From NCBI RefSeq assembly GCF_009914755.1, contig NC_060926.1: a DNA stretch of 64,000 bases. The stretch is one strand, 5' to 3'. The translations under genes and the position numbers were made by a program. Positions 28,462 to 44,034 of this stretch are shown here, piece by piece (within the stretch, counting starts at the first letter, position 1; the number at the start of each line of letters is the position of its first letter). Under the pieces are notes generated by a model. That model was not told the origin of the DNA, searched no databases, and saw only the letters and a list, made by a program, of their open reading frames with translations. The stretch is from the human T2T-CHM13v2.0 reference genome, Homo sapiens.

Positions 28462-29583
28462 GGACTGGTGTCCATTTCTAAATGTGAGTGATGCCTTCCA
28501 AGAAATTGAGAATCTAGTATTATTCCCAAATATATATTTATTTTACAACGAAGACTGTTTGGCTGCCCTTTTGTGTCAGGACAGAGGGCATTGTAAACTT
28601 GGTGGGCCATCAAGATTTTCACTCTTATAGGACTCCCTTCCACTGTCCATCACTCTGAAATGTTCCACAGGTCTGCTACTTTTACCTGAGGAGGCAGTGA
28701 TGAGGAAGTGAATGGTTGAGAAGGGACGCAGACTGATAAAATTCTTACCACAAGGCCTTGGGTCTACTGGATTCCTTTTAAACAACTGCTTATGTTCCTT
28801 CTATACCACACATTAAAGTGTCTGTGAGAAAATGAAGTTTGTGGTGTCAGTTAAGATTACAGGTTGAATGGCATACCTCTTCTTGATGGTCAGATTGGGT
28901 TAAGGTTGAGTGTCCTTGGGGGTCCTAGGTGGAATTTCCTCACAGGAGCCAAGTTAGGATGGGGAATATATTTGGCCACTAACAAAGTTTCTTCTTGTGT
29001 CTCTGGTCTCATCTGGTCACAATAACCTTTGGTTTTTGATGAAGCTATTGGGTAGTCTGGCCTTTGAATTTCAGTACATCAATGTTACTGGTAAATCTTA
29101 AGATATGGAAAGATAATCCTTAGCATTATGGATAAACTTTACCAAGTATTCCAGATATCTTGAGAACTAGGTTTGTGACAATTGCAGTTGGTAAAATAAG
29201 GTTTAAAATACCTCTTGCCTATTAATTGCGACTAGAAAAGTTTGATTCTGGTAAGTTATGGGGAAGCAAAACTAGATTTATAGGGAGGGTTTTATTTGTT
29301 TATAAGAAATCAACTTTACCACTTTTTTCATCTACCAAATGACTCGAAGGTGCTGACTACCCGCTCACCCTCTCTGCCTCATCTGGTTATGTCTTTTTCT
29401 CTTTTTTATGTGTACAGTGTTGTAGCATAGTTATGATGAGAGCACAGAGAGCCCATTTCCTATTTTGACTATCTTCCTTTATTTTTCTATTCATTCTCTC
29501 ATGACATAGCAAAGTGCTTAAATTTTTTATATTAGCTGCAAGCCCATTTATCCCTTCTCAAGGGATTATAGGTGGTTTTCTAA

Positions 29584-29947
<364 letters not shown>

Positions 29948-30189
29948 AAAAAGGGAATTTCTAATACTTGTGGTGATGACTCTGTTCTGTTGGGGCACCA
30001 TACAGTGAAAATGTCCAAAGATCCTCATACTACAGCCTAGGATGGTACATAGAAAATTTAAAATATAGGACGAGATTTTTTTTGGGGGGAAGTTTTATGT
30101 AACTTACTCTATACAGGTGTGAGATGATTTTTTTGTTGTTGTTTAACCATTTTTTCTTTATTGTTGGCTTATATATATATACACATATG

Positions 30190-32302
<2,113 letters not shown>

Positions 32303-32324
32303 TCATTTTTTAGCATTTCCGCAA

Positions 32325-32435
32325 TTTTTTATTATGAATGTTTTCATACACGCAGAAAAATAGAACAAGTTGTACAATAAACACCTGTAACTCACCATTC
32401 CGTTTCAACAATTGTTAACATTTTGCCATGTTTCT
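32325..32435 (-). mobile_element. Old L1M 3'-end fragment
   Basis: ttttattatgaa...tacaataaacacc...ttcaacaattgttaacattttgcca. Confidence 0.55.
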
Positions 32436-33484
32436 TTGTCTATATACATGGATACACACACATATATGTATATATTACCATGTGTTCTTCATCAGTGAAA
32501 AAAGAATATTTAGGAATCCATGGATTTCTGAGGAGATAGATATTTCAGCTATACCTATATTCCCCATCAAACTGTTTAACCACTTATTTTGGTGTCTTGG
32601 AAACAAATACTGAAACATTTGCATTCAGAATACAGTTGTGTTTGACTCTATGCAAAGATCAGCTCGTGGTGATCAGTGTCTATTTTAAGTAATTGGTTAT
32701 GTGTATTTCATTCTGGGAACTCCTGAGTGTCCTTCTAAGAGGACCTGTGGCCAACTTTGAAGACTTGCTGTCCTTGAAATACAGGTTGTATCCCTACTTC
32801 GTAACTTACAAGCCATGTGCTCTAGCTTGTAAATAAAGTAAATTGAGCTAGGTGATTGAATGTTTCCCGTCACTTCTAAACGACTGAAATTCTAAGAACC
32901 AAGTTGAAAGTTTGCTTACAAACCTAGCTAGAATGAAGAACCTTTCAGAAACATTTTACATATAGATTGAAGTATGCTGAAGGTCAGTTAAGTTCCACAT
33001 AATTTCATGGTCAATGAGAAGAAATTCTGAATCTAGGACTTAGCGTCAGTAATAGCCATCAAAAAGTACAAAACCTTAATACCCGAGTTTCCTGAATATC
33101 TGGGTGCAAAGTGGTATTACAGATTTGATTCTTTTGCATACAAATATGGCTGAAAAGTTCCAAATGCATATCAGCTTTTTTGTTAGACTTTGGATATGTA
33201 AGTGCTTTATTTGGTTATTACTAAAATTTCCCAGTGATTTGTGTATTTAACTATTTGTCTTCTGCTTTTTTTCTCCAGTATACTTTATCTATGCTGATGG
33301 AAGAGTGTGGGTCAGGAATTACTGGTATAAACAGATTAATATGTCCCATCAAAAGAAAGACCATTTTAGTTATATCATGTATGAGGTCACCTTACATGGT
33401 TTGTGAAGGGTTTTCATGTTTTTCTCCTTGGATGAAATATATACTTCTGAGAATAATATGACTACATCAAATAAACAATGAGCT

Positions 33485-33818
<334 letters not shown>

Positions 33819-35433
33819 TTATTATCTTGGATTTAATCTGTTGATAACAAGGTGAATATATCTGTCCCAGCACACAAGGATAAGAGAAAACTTCAGTCTG
33901 ATATTGGCTAGTGAAAATTTCAGCAAAATCCTTTTAGTATAACATCTGCCTTAATAAATGGCATTAAAAGCGGGGAGGTAAAGAGGATGGAGGCATTCTC
34001 TCTTCCAAATGTAAATATACTGCTGCTTACCTGTCAATCTTATGTTTTCTAAGTTAATTCTTCCTAAAGTTTTTTGTTTTTAACTATTTGATGAGAAGAT
34101 TACACTGCTACAGGCCAACTAAATGGGATGTATTATTTGAACCTCTTCCATTGTTTTTAAAATCATTGTTTGTGTTGTAATCCTTTCAAAGAGCCAGCCA
34201 GTAGCTGCTTTCCTGTTTAAAGAGTAAGCTCTTTCCATTGGCAGATCACCTTCATTTAATCCTCTGAAAGTGCACACTTAATTCTTAGCAACAATGCATT
34301 TTTAGCACCAAGGACATATTACCAAGAAAAACTGAATATGGCAAACAAGTAGAAAAATACGCCTTAGTTGTCTAAGAAGGTAATTGTGTCTTGCTTTTGG
34401 AGTCTTATAAATATCCCTCTTGGTACAATTAGCCTCTGTAAATATTTGAACTCCTTTGTAGTTGAAACACTCTATATTTCAACAGGCAGATGAAGGACAG
34501 TTTTTCAGGTTGATTCTTAATATAGTAGACTTACATTTTATTGTTGGCCACACTTTAGGATTTTATTGCATTAAAATGTATCTGTGATTGTTAATATAAA
34601 ACTTCAATCAACTTGCTTAAATATTGGAAGCTCTCAGGATGTGGAATAAGCATGGCATTGTGGAGAATATCACCCTGGCCCGAGTCAAGTGCACAGTGCT
34701 GCAAAAGCATTGTGCTAATTTTAGCTTACAAAGAGGATGAAGATAAACTGCCTACTGCTAGTTTGCCATATGCTATCCTGGTGATAATATTCAAGTGCAA
34801 AATATTCCATAGAGAGCCTTATTGTTTCAGCAAGGGAAGCCTGGATAAGAGTTAAGCAAATTTCTCCTCAGTAAGTTTATAAGAAATAATGAAGTAAAAC
34901 AATTCTCAAATGCAGGTAGATGAAATCTGCTAAATTTATTTTGGCTTTATTGACTTTCATGGGAGTTGACAGAATTAGTTTTGGTTTATATTTGATTCAA
35001 TTTTATCTATTTTTCACATGTAAATCTTAAAAATCAATCTGAATAAATATTGATCTCTTTCAGAGAGGCAAAAATATAGTTTGGATTGCATAAAACTGCT
35101 TAAAAGACAGCATCCCTTGAAGTTCAATAAAGGAATAAAGCAATCTGTTCAACTGGTTTTAAAATAACACTTTAAAAAGCCTTTTTAAAAATGAAAAAGT
35201 CAAAATCCATTACATTTCCATATTTGGCAAATTCAGCGTCTACAGTTTCACCGAAGAGTGTTTGACCTATTTATTTGTCACTGAGACCACTTCACAGTGA
35301 AGGGATTGTTAGTTCCTGCAAAACTGAGAAAAATCCAATGTGCATAGCGCATTTGCAGATGGAAACAGACTGTGTAGCCGGATTTGGAGGGTGGGTTGGC
35401 TGGAAGCTTTGTGTTAACAACTGGTGAAAAGCT

Positions 35434-35456
35434 TGACCTTTGCGTGACCTAGGTCA
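35434..35456 (-). promoter_or_regulatory. Consensus DR5 RARE (AGGTCA-cgcaa-AGGTCA) with an abutting third half-site
   Basis: + strand TGACCT ttgcg TGACCT AGGTCA. Confidence 0.65.
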
Positions 35457-38400
35457 AACAAACCCCCAACTCAAGAGCTCTCCTTTGACATGGATACCTG
35501 TTTGGGGAAGGGGCCAAAAAAGGGAATGGAGATAAAATTATGTTATGGACTTGCAAGCTTACTTTTTAAAAAGTTCTAGTTAACTTGACTGTTTGGGGAC
35601 ATGGTGGCCATTTTAGGGTGTTATAAAGGACCACAAATCTGTTTGTAAGTGTCAAAGGGAAAGGGTGATAGGGAGACCTTTCTTTTTTTCTTTCTTTCAA
35701 TGATTCAAGCCATGCATAGGTTTTTTCCCCCATTGCAATATGATCTGGGTTGTGATTCACAGAGTTGAATGAATGGGCTGAACTCCACTGATGAAAACAT
35801 TTGATAATGTGTAAAATAAAAGCCCTGGCAAGGAGGAGATGGCAAAGCTTCCATTGTTTGTCCCCACACTTTGTTTTTATAGGGGATTCTCACAGGAACA
35901 AATAAATTGGAGTAAATAAAAGCAAAATAGCACTGTTAGTCCATATCGGGACTTTGCACATGCTCACAAGTCAACTTTGGCAGGAAACTAGCAAAGGTCT
36001 GTTCCCTACCATTTGCGTTGCATCTTTATCTCTCCGGTTCATTGTTTGCCACTGAGTGCTTAAACCTCAACTTCCCAAGTAAAAGCTTCCTGTTGCTTGC
36101 TTTTAAATATAGTTTTGTTACAACAACAAGAAAAAAAAAATGGAGAAATGTATTAAGGAAGCCAACCAATGGAAAAAAAAAAGAGAATAAAACAGGCCTA
36201 GTCCAATGCAACTACAAACCTTCAGGGCTCAAAGCACACACTGCTGGGTACTCTTGATGCAATAATAGTCCCCTTTTAGGTATAAACCTATAGGAACCAT
36301 CTCTATGCCCCCACAATAGGTCAAAAGTGAAGCAGAACCATGAAAATGTCCAGTGTTTCTCACATTGGCCCTTTGGCTGTATTTGGTTTCACTTAGTTTT
36401 CACTTTGCAGTGTTGTCTGTGGATGGAATTTTCTGCCCTTTCAATTGCAGGTTAAAGGAAATCCCATTCTTTATTAATTGTGCTCTTGCTTTGAGATCCT
36501 TTAATGTCAGTATATCTGAAAAATGGTATCCATTCCTATAGAAAATATGGTTCTTATTCCACCTTAATGGGTGGGGGCTACTCTGATACTTCCTGCAATT
36601 TCAGAGGAAAGTGCAGCAGTTTTCTCAGGCCTTGGATATAAACAACATTGTTTACGCTGTTTCCACTCTCTTCATCCTCTGTTTGTACAGGCCCTAAAAC
36701 AAGTGGGTCTGTTTTGCATTTAAAAAAATTAGTGTATGTTTTCAGAATCAATCTATCAAGTGAGGCCAAGAAATGCCATAAGAACACATGGGTGGGGGTT
36801 AGCAAATTCTGGCTTTCAAAACTGACTTGACAGCCATTTAAAATGCTGGCTCTACATTCACAGAGTGTGTGGGGCTTCGTACACTCCCTTAATTCCACAA
36901 TGGAGACAGTTGATTTGGGTCCCTCTTCCCTGCTTATTGCATGATATAAGGACAGCTGCACCCAGAAAATTATTAGCACCGTCCAAATGATTCTTTTCAA
37001 AGGGAACTTCTGTTGTGCTAAAATACACACAGCATTGTGAAAGTACAGTTTATTGTAGATATTTAATAAGGAATCTGTTATCAATCACTGGTAGTACAGG
37101 GAATTAAAATTTATGGAACAGTAGCTAATTAAAACAGGAAAAGTGTGAGCGTTCACTTGTGTGTGTGTGTGTGTGTGTCTGCTTGCATGTGTGGGTGTGA
37201 GCGAGGAATTCCTAGTGGAGGGGGGCTAGAGGGGGTTCCTCTATTACATGCATACTGGAGAGTCTTCATGAACACCCTTGCAGTCCTACAAGAACAGATG
37301 AGACAGACAGCTGACCAGGCAGCCATGAACCTTTCCGTCTGTGTGAACTGTCACCGTGCTTATAGACACAACTCCACATGTTCCGTAGAAGTTGGAAAAT
37401 AGAATGTGCCTGCAGATTGTTTGGGCCTGTGAGTACAGGATTCAAACCTCCTTAGCAGATTGCTAGATTGAGACTCTGGGTGGATGCTGAGGTCTCAAGT
37501 CTCAGTTCAGCTTGGTTTGCTGCACTGAACTCAGCACACACATGGTCGATAACTCTTTCACTTGGCTGCCCTCTCTACCCTGCACTGGAGAAACTGCCTC
37601 CTGGGCAACTAAGCTAAGAAAGCTGTTGCTCTCATCTGGCTGGTTTCAGAAGGAGAAGGATGTCAGGAGTATGCAAAAGCTTGTTTCTTTGTGCAAGTCT
37701 TCAGCTGATTCTGAGTTGAGTATTCAGCTTGTTCTTTCTTGGAGACTCCTACAGCAGAGGCCCCTGAGAAGTCCTTGGTTGTTTGTGCAGATCTGGCTGT
37801 TCCATTCTGATGCACAGGTATTCCACATGGGTGCTAGGAAAAAGTGTGGTTACAAAGTGGCTCTGGGTCATTTGGAATAAATCAGTTGGACAACTCTTTT
37901 TTTGTTGTTTTATTCAGGACACTGGAAGTTTGTCTCATTGCTTTAATGAGAGTTGCATCTTCTTAGTTATGCTGTTGAACACATCTGGGGCCTGTTACTG
38001 CACCCTTACTCTTAGATAAATTGTAGCACCCATGCCCACACAGGTAGACCTCCTACCTTCATAAAGGGAAGTCAGAGGAAGCTGATACCCCACTCAGGTG
38101 GCCTTTAAATTTGAGGGGCGGACTTTGGGACCATGTTGCTTGGCAACAAATAACATATAGCAAAAACAAACACATAAAGATATGACCCATGATATTCAAA
38201 CTTTAAATTCTATAACACTAGTTTGCTTAAGATATCAGCTGCTATACGGTAAAGTTTTTAAGGCAGCTGTAATTTGCGGAAATGCTGGCATTTACTTTTT
38301 CCATAGTCTTATCTTGAAGGCATAAATTGGAACTAAATCTGGGTTCAAGCCCCTTCTCATTTCTCTGGTACTCTTCCAGTAATATAGTTAACATTTGGAT

Positions 38401-39749
38401 AAGGACGCATATTATGATTCTATCTATAGTTATTTACCCTCTCCCAGTTTAACATGAAGCCTTGCTAGCTTCCTAACTATAATATTTCCACCTTATTTTT
38501 TAGTTATGTGTTGGACCCTGAGTTGTCTTAAGGACTGAGGAATTTAAGACTCATTAATATTTTTATTAGTGTTATTTCCTTATAAATGAATTATCCCTTT
38601 CAGCTAACTATATCTTTAGAAAATGATCTTGGTTTTCTTCCATCATCATATCAATAATAATAAAATTAGCTAAGAAGTTGTAATTACTCTTCCTATATTC
38701 TCTGTGATGTGCTTAAATAGAATATCCACTTATTATGATGTTAATTTCCATTTATTACAAATGAGCAGGAACAAAATGTTCCTAACTGTCTGACTCCACC
38801 TTTTCCTGCACATTATGACTCCCCTATAAGTAAACCACACAGCCCACTATCGTATGTTCTCTAATGTACTTTCTAATAAATAAAGCCAGCTTAAAAAAAG
38901 ATGTTATTCATTACATGTAAAATGATCATTTGAATTGCTTTTACTCTGAGTGACCCATGCATCACTTAATCAGACCCATTTAAACAGAGAGAGAAAGAGA
39001 ATATGAGAACTGAGTGATCTGTCTGTATTTCATTTGGTGGCAATATGGGCAGAATTTAGTCTAAGAATGATTCTTTAGCCATCTAATTGTTTCCTGAAAA
39101 AAAAGTCTTATCTTCAGCATATATAGGTGGTGGTATGATGGGCTGTATAGAAATATAAGTTTAATCTGACTAGTGAAGATCATACTTCATCAGTTCACTT
39201 GTGACAAAAAAAGAGTGGCATGATCTCAAAGTTGTTCTCAGCCTTCTCACTCCTTTCAATCAGTTGAATCAACAAATCGATCACTTGTTCCATATGTAAT
39301 AGCTCTCCCCGTGTAGAAATGAAGAGTTAGCAAACCTCTAGAATGCAAGACCAAATTCTTTGTTAAAGTTTTCTTATAATGAATTCTGTCTATTCCGCAT
39401 ATATGGAAAAACTCAGGGTAAGACACTTAACTTTTTTTCTGTAGAGAAACGAAAGCTGTAAAGGCAAAGGTATTTTTCTACTGCCTCCCCTTCCCACAAA
39501 CCACTGTATTACTCTAAAGAAATTTATTATCTCAATCTGCTATTCATCTAACAAACTCCAACTGCCTGCTAGTACCAGGCCCTGAGGAAATACAATACTG
39601 AACAAGACTCATTTACTATGCTCAAAGAGCTTATAGTCTGGTAGGAATGCTGCATATAAACAGGCCGTGTAAAGGTGGTGTAATATCAGCTATAATTCGC
39701 ACATGGAAAATGCACCTACCTCTGTATTGGAGGATCCCGGAGGAAGTTC

Positions 39750-39960
39750 TCCCATAGTCAGGGAATGTTTTACAGTACTTCATGTTTTCCCAAGAACTTT
39801 CACATATATGATCTCGCTTGTTCCTCATAACACCCCTTTGAATTAGCCAGTTCCTTATCACCATCACGTCTTTGTGGGTAGAAGAAGGAAGGCTCAGCAA
39901 ATTGAGTCACTTCATGAAGAGTACCCAGACCGACCTGAGACTGAGGACCCAGGTTCTGAC
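39750..39960 (-). mobile_element. MIR relic
   Basis: tttcacatatatgatctc...cctcataacaccc...aggctcagcaaattgagtcactt. Confidence 0.6.
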
Positions 39961-40166
39961 CTTAAGGTTAGTCATGAATGCATATGTTTGGGGAAGTAGG
40001 GGAACTTGGAAAGACGAGAAATAGTGGCCCGGTGTTGCGAAATTACTGTTTGACCATCTGGAAATTTGCCCCTGGTTCACAGCCAGGTTTCAGAAGACAT
40101 GGAACAATCATTCCACATTCACATAGCCTAAGCACAGATTCAGAATGCCCACTTTCCCTCTTCTGA

Positions 40167-40168
<2 letters not shown>

Positions 40169-40195
<27 letters not shown>
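40169..40195. repeat. T27 homopolymer
   Basis: Seen directly; no adjacent Alu or L1 body. Confidence 0.9.
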
Positions 40196-40200
<5 letters not shown>

Positions 40201-41289
40201 AAGGAAAAGAAGCAAGTCTAGAAGACAGGCAATTAGCATGATCACTCAGGCCAGTTTTTATAATTTTGGTTTTCATCCAAACTAGTCACATTTCATACTT
40301 TTAAAGTTTTTAGGCTTTTCTGCTGGAGATCATCTTCCTCACACTGTGATTCTTAAAGGTTATGTATTTTTTTTACCCTGATCATACTTACGTCTTTTGA
40401 CAAGAGAGAAGACGGACATCCAGCTTTGGGTCTGCAGTGATCCATCATTCAACTTCCGGTCTTTTTCATCATATTAGATTGTGCTAGTACTTGCTCTTTC
40501 CTTAAGCTATCTCCATTACAGGAGGGGGAACTTATTGCCCCAAATATAACAGAGATGCCTGACTTATGGAGAGTTACTTCAGAGATGTTTCTGGAAGAAA
40601 GAGTTCTTTGGGTATAAATGAGAAACAAGGGGACAGTTGTGTTTCCCACACCATATTTTGGTATCTAGCATGTAAATTATACTCTCATAGACCACCTGGA
40701 TCTGAATGGCTGCGATCTGGGGCCCTTTCCCAGTTTTGCATGGCAGATGAGGAAAATGCAGGAAATGCTGAGGCTTTGAAGATGTGCTAGAACCTCAGCA
40801 ACACAGAGCCACTGAGCAGCAAGAGGAGGCTGAGACAGGGCAGAAACACCCCCACTGTTAAGAGTGATGAGGGTTTGGAGCACCTAATCTGGATCTAGAA
40901 ATTGGCCGCTGTGCAGGCAGCTGGGTGGTTCAAGATCTAGCACCCAAAGAGTGTAGCAAGTTCAGGCCTGGGCATTTCGGCATAACCAGTCTGGTAGGTG
41001 GGGCCAGCAAGAAGGAATTCTAGGCCACAGGCCAATTCAGAAGTCAGGCAGGCCTACGATTGGTATTCGGAGATCTGTTTGGGAAGAGATGATCATCCCT
41101 CCAGCTGGCAGCACAGGAGAGCAGTATTCAGTTCTGGGGAAAGAAAGGGCTGGGCCAGGGGAGGGGAAGAGAGATTCCCAGCCAGCTGATGTTGGAGAGA
41201 AGACTAGATCCAGAAGAGGACCAAGAGCAGAGAAGGAAGTAATTCCTTGGTTTCTGTGACTTCTTTCTCACCCAAGATAGATTTCAGGT

Positions 41290-41640
41290 TAGCACACTGT
41301 GACGTCATCACTGAAAACCTCTCCCCTCCCCTCGGGCGTGGGGGGCAGTGTGTGACTGTTCTTTACTCCAGGCTGGTGATTCAGGAGGCAGCCTTGTTTG
41401 TGTTTCCGTATGCCTCCTGCAGGGGAGACTTGCTTTTCTTTGATACATAAATGGTGAGTGAAAAGTAACTCTCCTGTGAGCTTGGTCTCTTTTTTGCTCT
41501 TCTCTGGTCGAGCAGCCTGACCAGGCCTGGTCAGTGTGAATTGCCCAATTTCATAGTGTGCACGGGGGTCTCAGGAGAGGGCAATTGCCTCATAACTTTT
41601 CTATTAGCAGAATTTCAGATTCCTGACGTGGAGCGATACT
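41290..41640. promoter_or_regulatory. Candidate intronic promoter/enhancer (CRE, GC box, local CpG)
   Basis: TGACGTCA at 41300-41307, GGGCGTGG at about 41334, 18-bp palindrome at 41517-41534, TGACG half-CRE at about 41624. Confidence 0.4.
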
Positions 41641-42299
41641 TGAAAACCATTTGTGTGATGCTGGGAAATGTTTGCTTTGTCCTTCTTTATGTCCTAGGCA
41701 TGGGCATTTTTGTCATTTCACTGGGGACTACTTGTAGGCTCTGAAAGCAGGAAGGGGCTTCTCTCAGGCCATGCCCTAGCTAAGCGAGGATTCCCCTCTG
41801 TATTTGGATAGCTGGTTGCTCAAGTTCCAACCCTTACATGAGGTTTTTCTGTATGATTTTCTCCTTTATGTTTTGGAGGCACACTCGGGAACGTTCTCGT
41901 TTTTTTTTGTTTGTTTTGCAATGTGGCTATTTTTGACTTTACAAAGCATTGGAACTGGCATCCTCCCATTCTTGTGAACTTTCTCTGGATCTGTAAATAC
42001 TTGGTATTTGTTTTCTTTCTTGTACATTTCAGGGGTGGTTTTTATATTTAACTTTGACTAAGATACACTCACATGCTACTCTGAGAGTACATGCTTTGGT
42101 GTCTCTTTTTTCTTTGCCTTCAGTAAAAAGGATAAGATTCAGGGAAGGTTTATGAACTCACTTTATGGGTCAGACATGTGCTGGCTGTGGAGAGCATACA
42201 GCAATAAGAAAGGACTGTCTCTACCCTCAGATACCTTTCTAGAGGTTAAAGAAATGCACCTTGATCATTATCATTGTCTCTAATGGAGTAAATGGAAAG

Positions 42300-42555
42300 G
42301 GTAGTGGTAGAATGGTTAGGAGTTTAGCCTCAAGTCAGATCTGGGTTGAATCCACAAGGATTTGTATTCCTTATCTGTATAGCAGCCTATTTCCTTATCT
42401 GTGCATTAGGGACATTCAAAGGATTAAATGAGATACTTCAGAAAAGCAAGGATTGTGAGAATTAATTAATCAAAGATCAATGCCAATCTCAGTTTCTGGT
42501 ATCTAGTAAGTGCTCAATAAATGTTAGTTTTTAGTACTGTTTCTATTATTCTTAT
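42300..42555 (+). mobile_element. MIR relic
   Basis: ttccttatctgt...ggattaaatgagata...tagtaagtgctcaataaatgttag. Confidence 0.75.
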
Positions 42556-42699
42556 TGTCTAGAGAAGAGATGGAAAGTTAGTCCTGTTTTTCGGTAGTGT
42601 GTCTCACTTTTCCTGGATCTGAAAGATACTTTCTTAAATGATATAACTTTTTTCCTTATCAGTAAAACAAAAATCTTTGCTGTTAAAAACTGCTGCAGA

Positions 42700-42842
42700 G
42701 GCTTGGCATGGTGGCTCATGCCTGTAATTCCAGCACTTTAGGAGGCTGAGACAGGAGATTTGCTTAAGCTTAGGACTTCGAGAGCAGCCCAGGCAACATG
42801 TGAGACTCCATCTCTAAAATAAGATGAATAACATAAAAAATT
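42700..42842 (+). mobile_element. Free left Alu monomer (FLAM-like)
   Basis: Single left arm plus A-rich tail; TSD aaaactgctgcaga at 42686-42699 and 42843-42856. Confidence 0.88.
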
Positions 42843-43299
42843 AAAACTGCTGCAGAAATATTATTTAGAAGGCAGAGGGTGAGTTATCATAAATTAACCT
42901 ATTTTGTGTGGGAAATGAAAACTTGTACTAGTAAAAATTGCTTTCCAATGTATCCTCATCCACCAATTGGCTGCCAGCTTAATGTGATGGGACTATTTAG
43001 GCAGCACTGCCACCCATTGTTACTGTGAAGCACACTTGCAAAGTTCCAAGTCACTTTACAAGGCTTTTTTTGGGGGGCTGTGGGGGAAGAAAAAGAAAAC
43101 AATAGAAAAAAAATGGTATGCCATGTTAGGAGAGTGGGTATAGATATTTTGGAAAAGACTTCTAGGAATGGGAATGGGATGGGGAGAGGTGACAAGAGTA
43201 GCAATGGTCATTTTGGAGCTTTGAGTGGGGGATTCAGATTAATGTTCCCCTGTTCAAATGGTGTACTCACTAGCAAAACAAACATAAGAACTCACATTC

Positions 43300-43520
43300 G
43301 CTGAGCTAAGCCACTGCTGCCAAACGATGCGCGAAACATTTTTATATAGCTGATTTTATTTCATCTGCCCCACAACTCTAAGGTGTAAGTACTATTACTA
43401 GGTTCATTGTTTCCAGAGGGGTGAAACGGGGCTTTGGAGAGGTTAAATAACTTGCCCAGGGTCACACAGCTATTAAGTGGTAAAGCTGGGATTTACATGA
43501 GCCCAGACAAAGAACCCAAG
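43300..43520 (-). mobile_element. MIR relic
   Basis: ggagaggttaaataacttgcccagggtcacacagctattaagtggtaaagctgggattt. Confidence 0.85.
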
Positions 43521-43865
43521 AAGCTAAGCTATTCTCTTGTAATACCTCCAACATAGGAGGCAAGAAGTGAGGTATTATACAGGTTGAGGAGATAAAGGGG
43601 AGAGAGGCCTGCAGTGCTAACAGGAGGAGCTGGGATTCATCCTGGCTTGTTCTGATAGGTCAGTTAGTCTTAGAGATACCCATGAGGTCACCTACTCAAA
43701 ATGGGGCTCAGAGTAGCCTTGTCCCATTCTTGTCCAGTGGGCGCAGCTACAGTCTTCCTGGCCTGGAGTGACTGGAGGCTGTCCCCACGTCCCACTTCAG
43801 TGAGGCATTCATGTGCACCCAGCACACTTTCTAGCTTTATTTGCCTGGAGGGGAAGATTCTCCAG

Positions 43866-44034
43866 AACCTTGTTAAGATGCACAGTGTGGTCCTTGGACT
43901 GGCAGTGTGGCCTCGGCAGTCCCTGGGAGCTTGTTAGGAATGCAGAATCTCAAGCTCCTCCCTACTGAATCTAAAGCTGCATTTTAACAAGATCCCAGCT
44001 GTTTCGTATGCACATGAAAGTTTGAGCAGCACTG
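43866..44034. mobile_element. MER5-type hAT-Charlie element
   Basis: ctgggagcttgttaggaatgcagaatctc...tgcattttaacaagatccc...aaagtttgagcagcactg. Confidence 0.85.
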
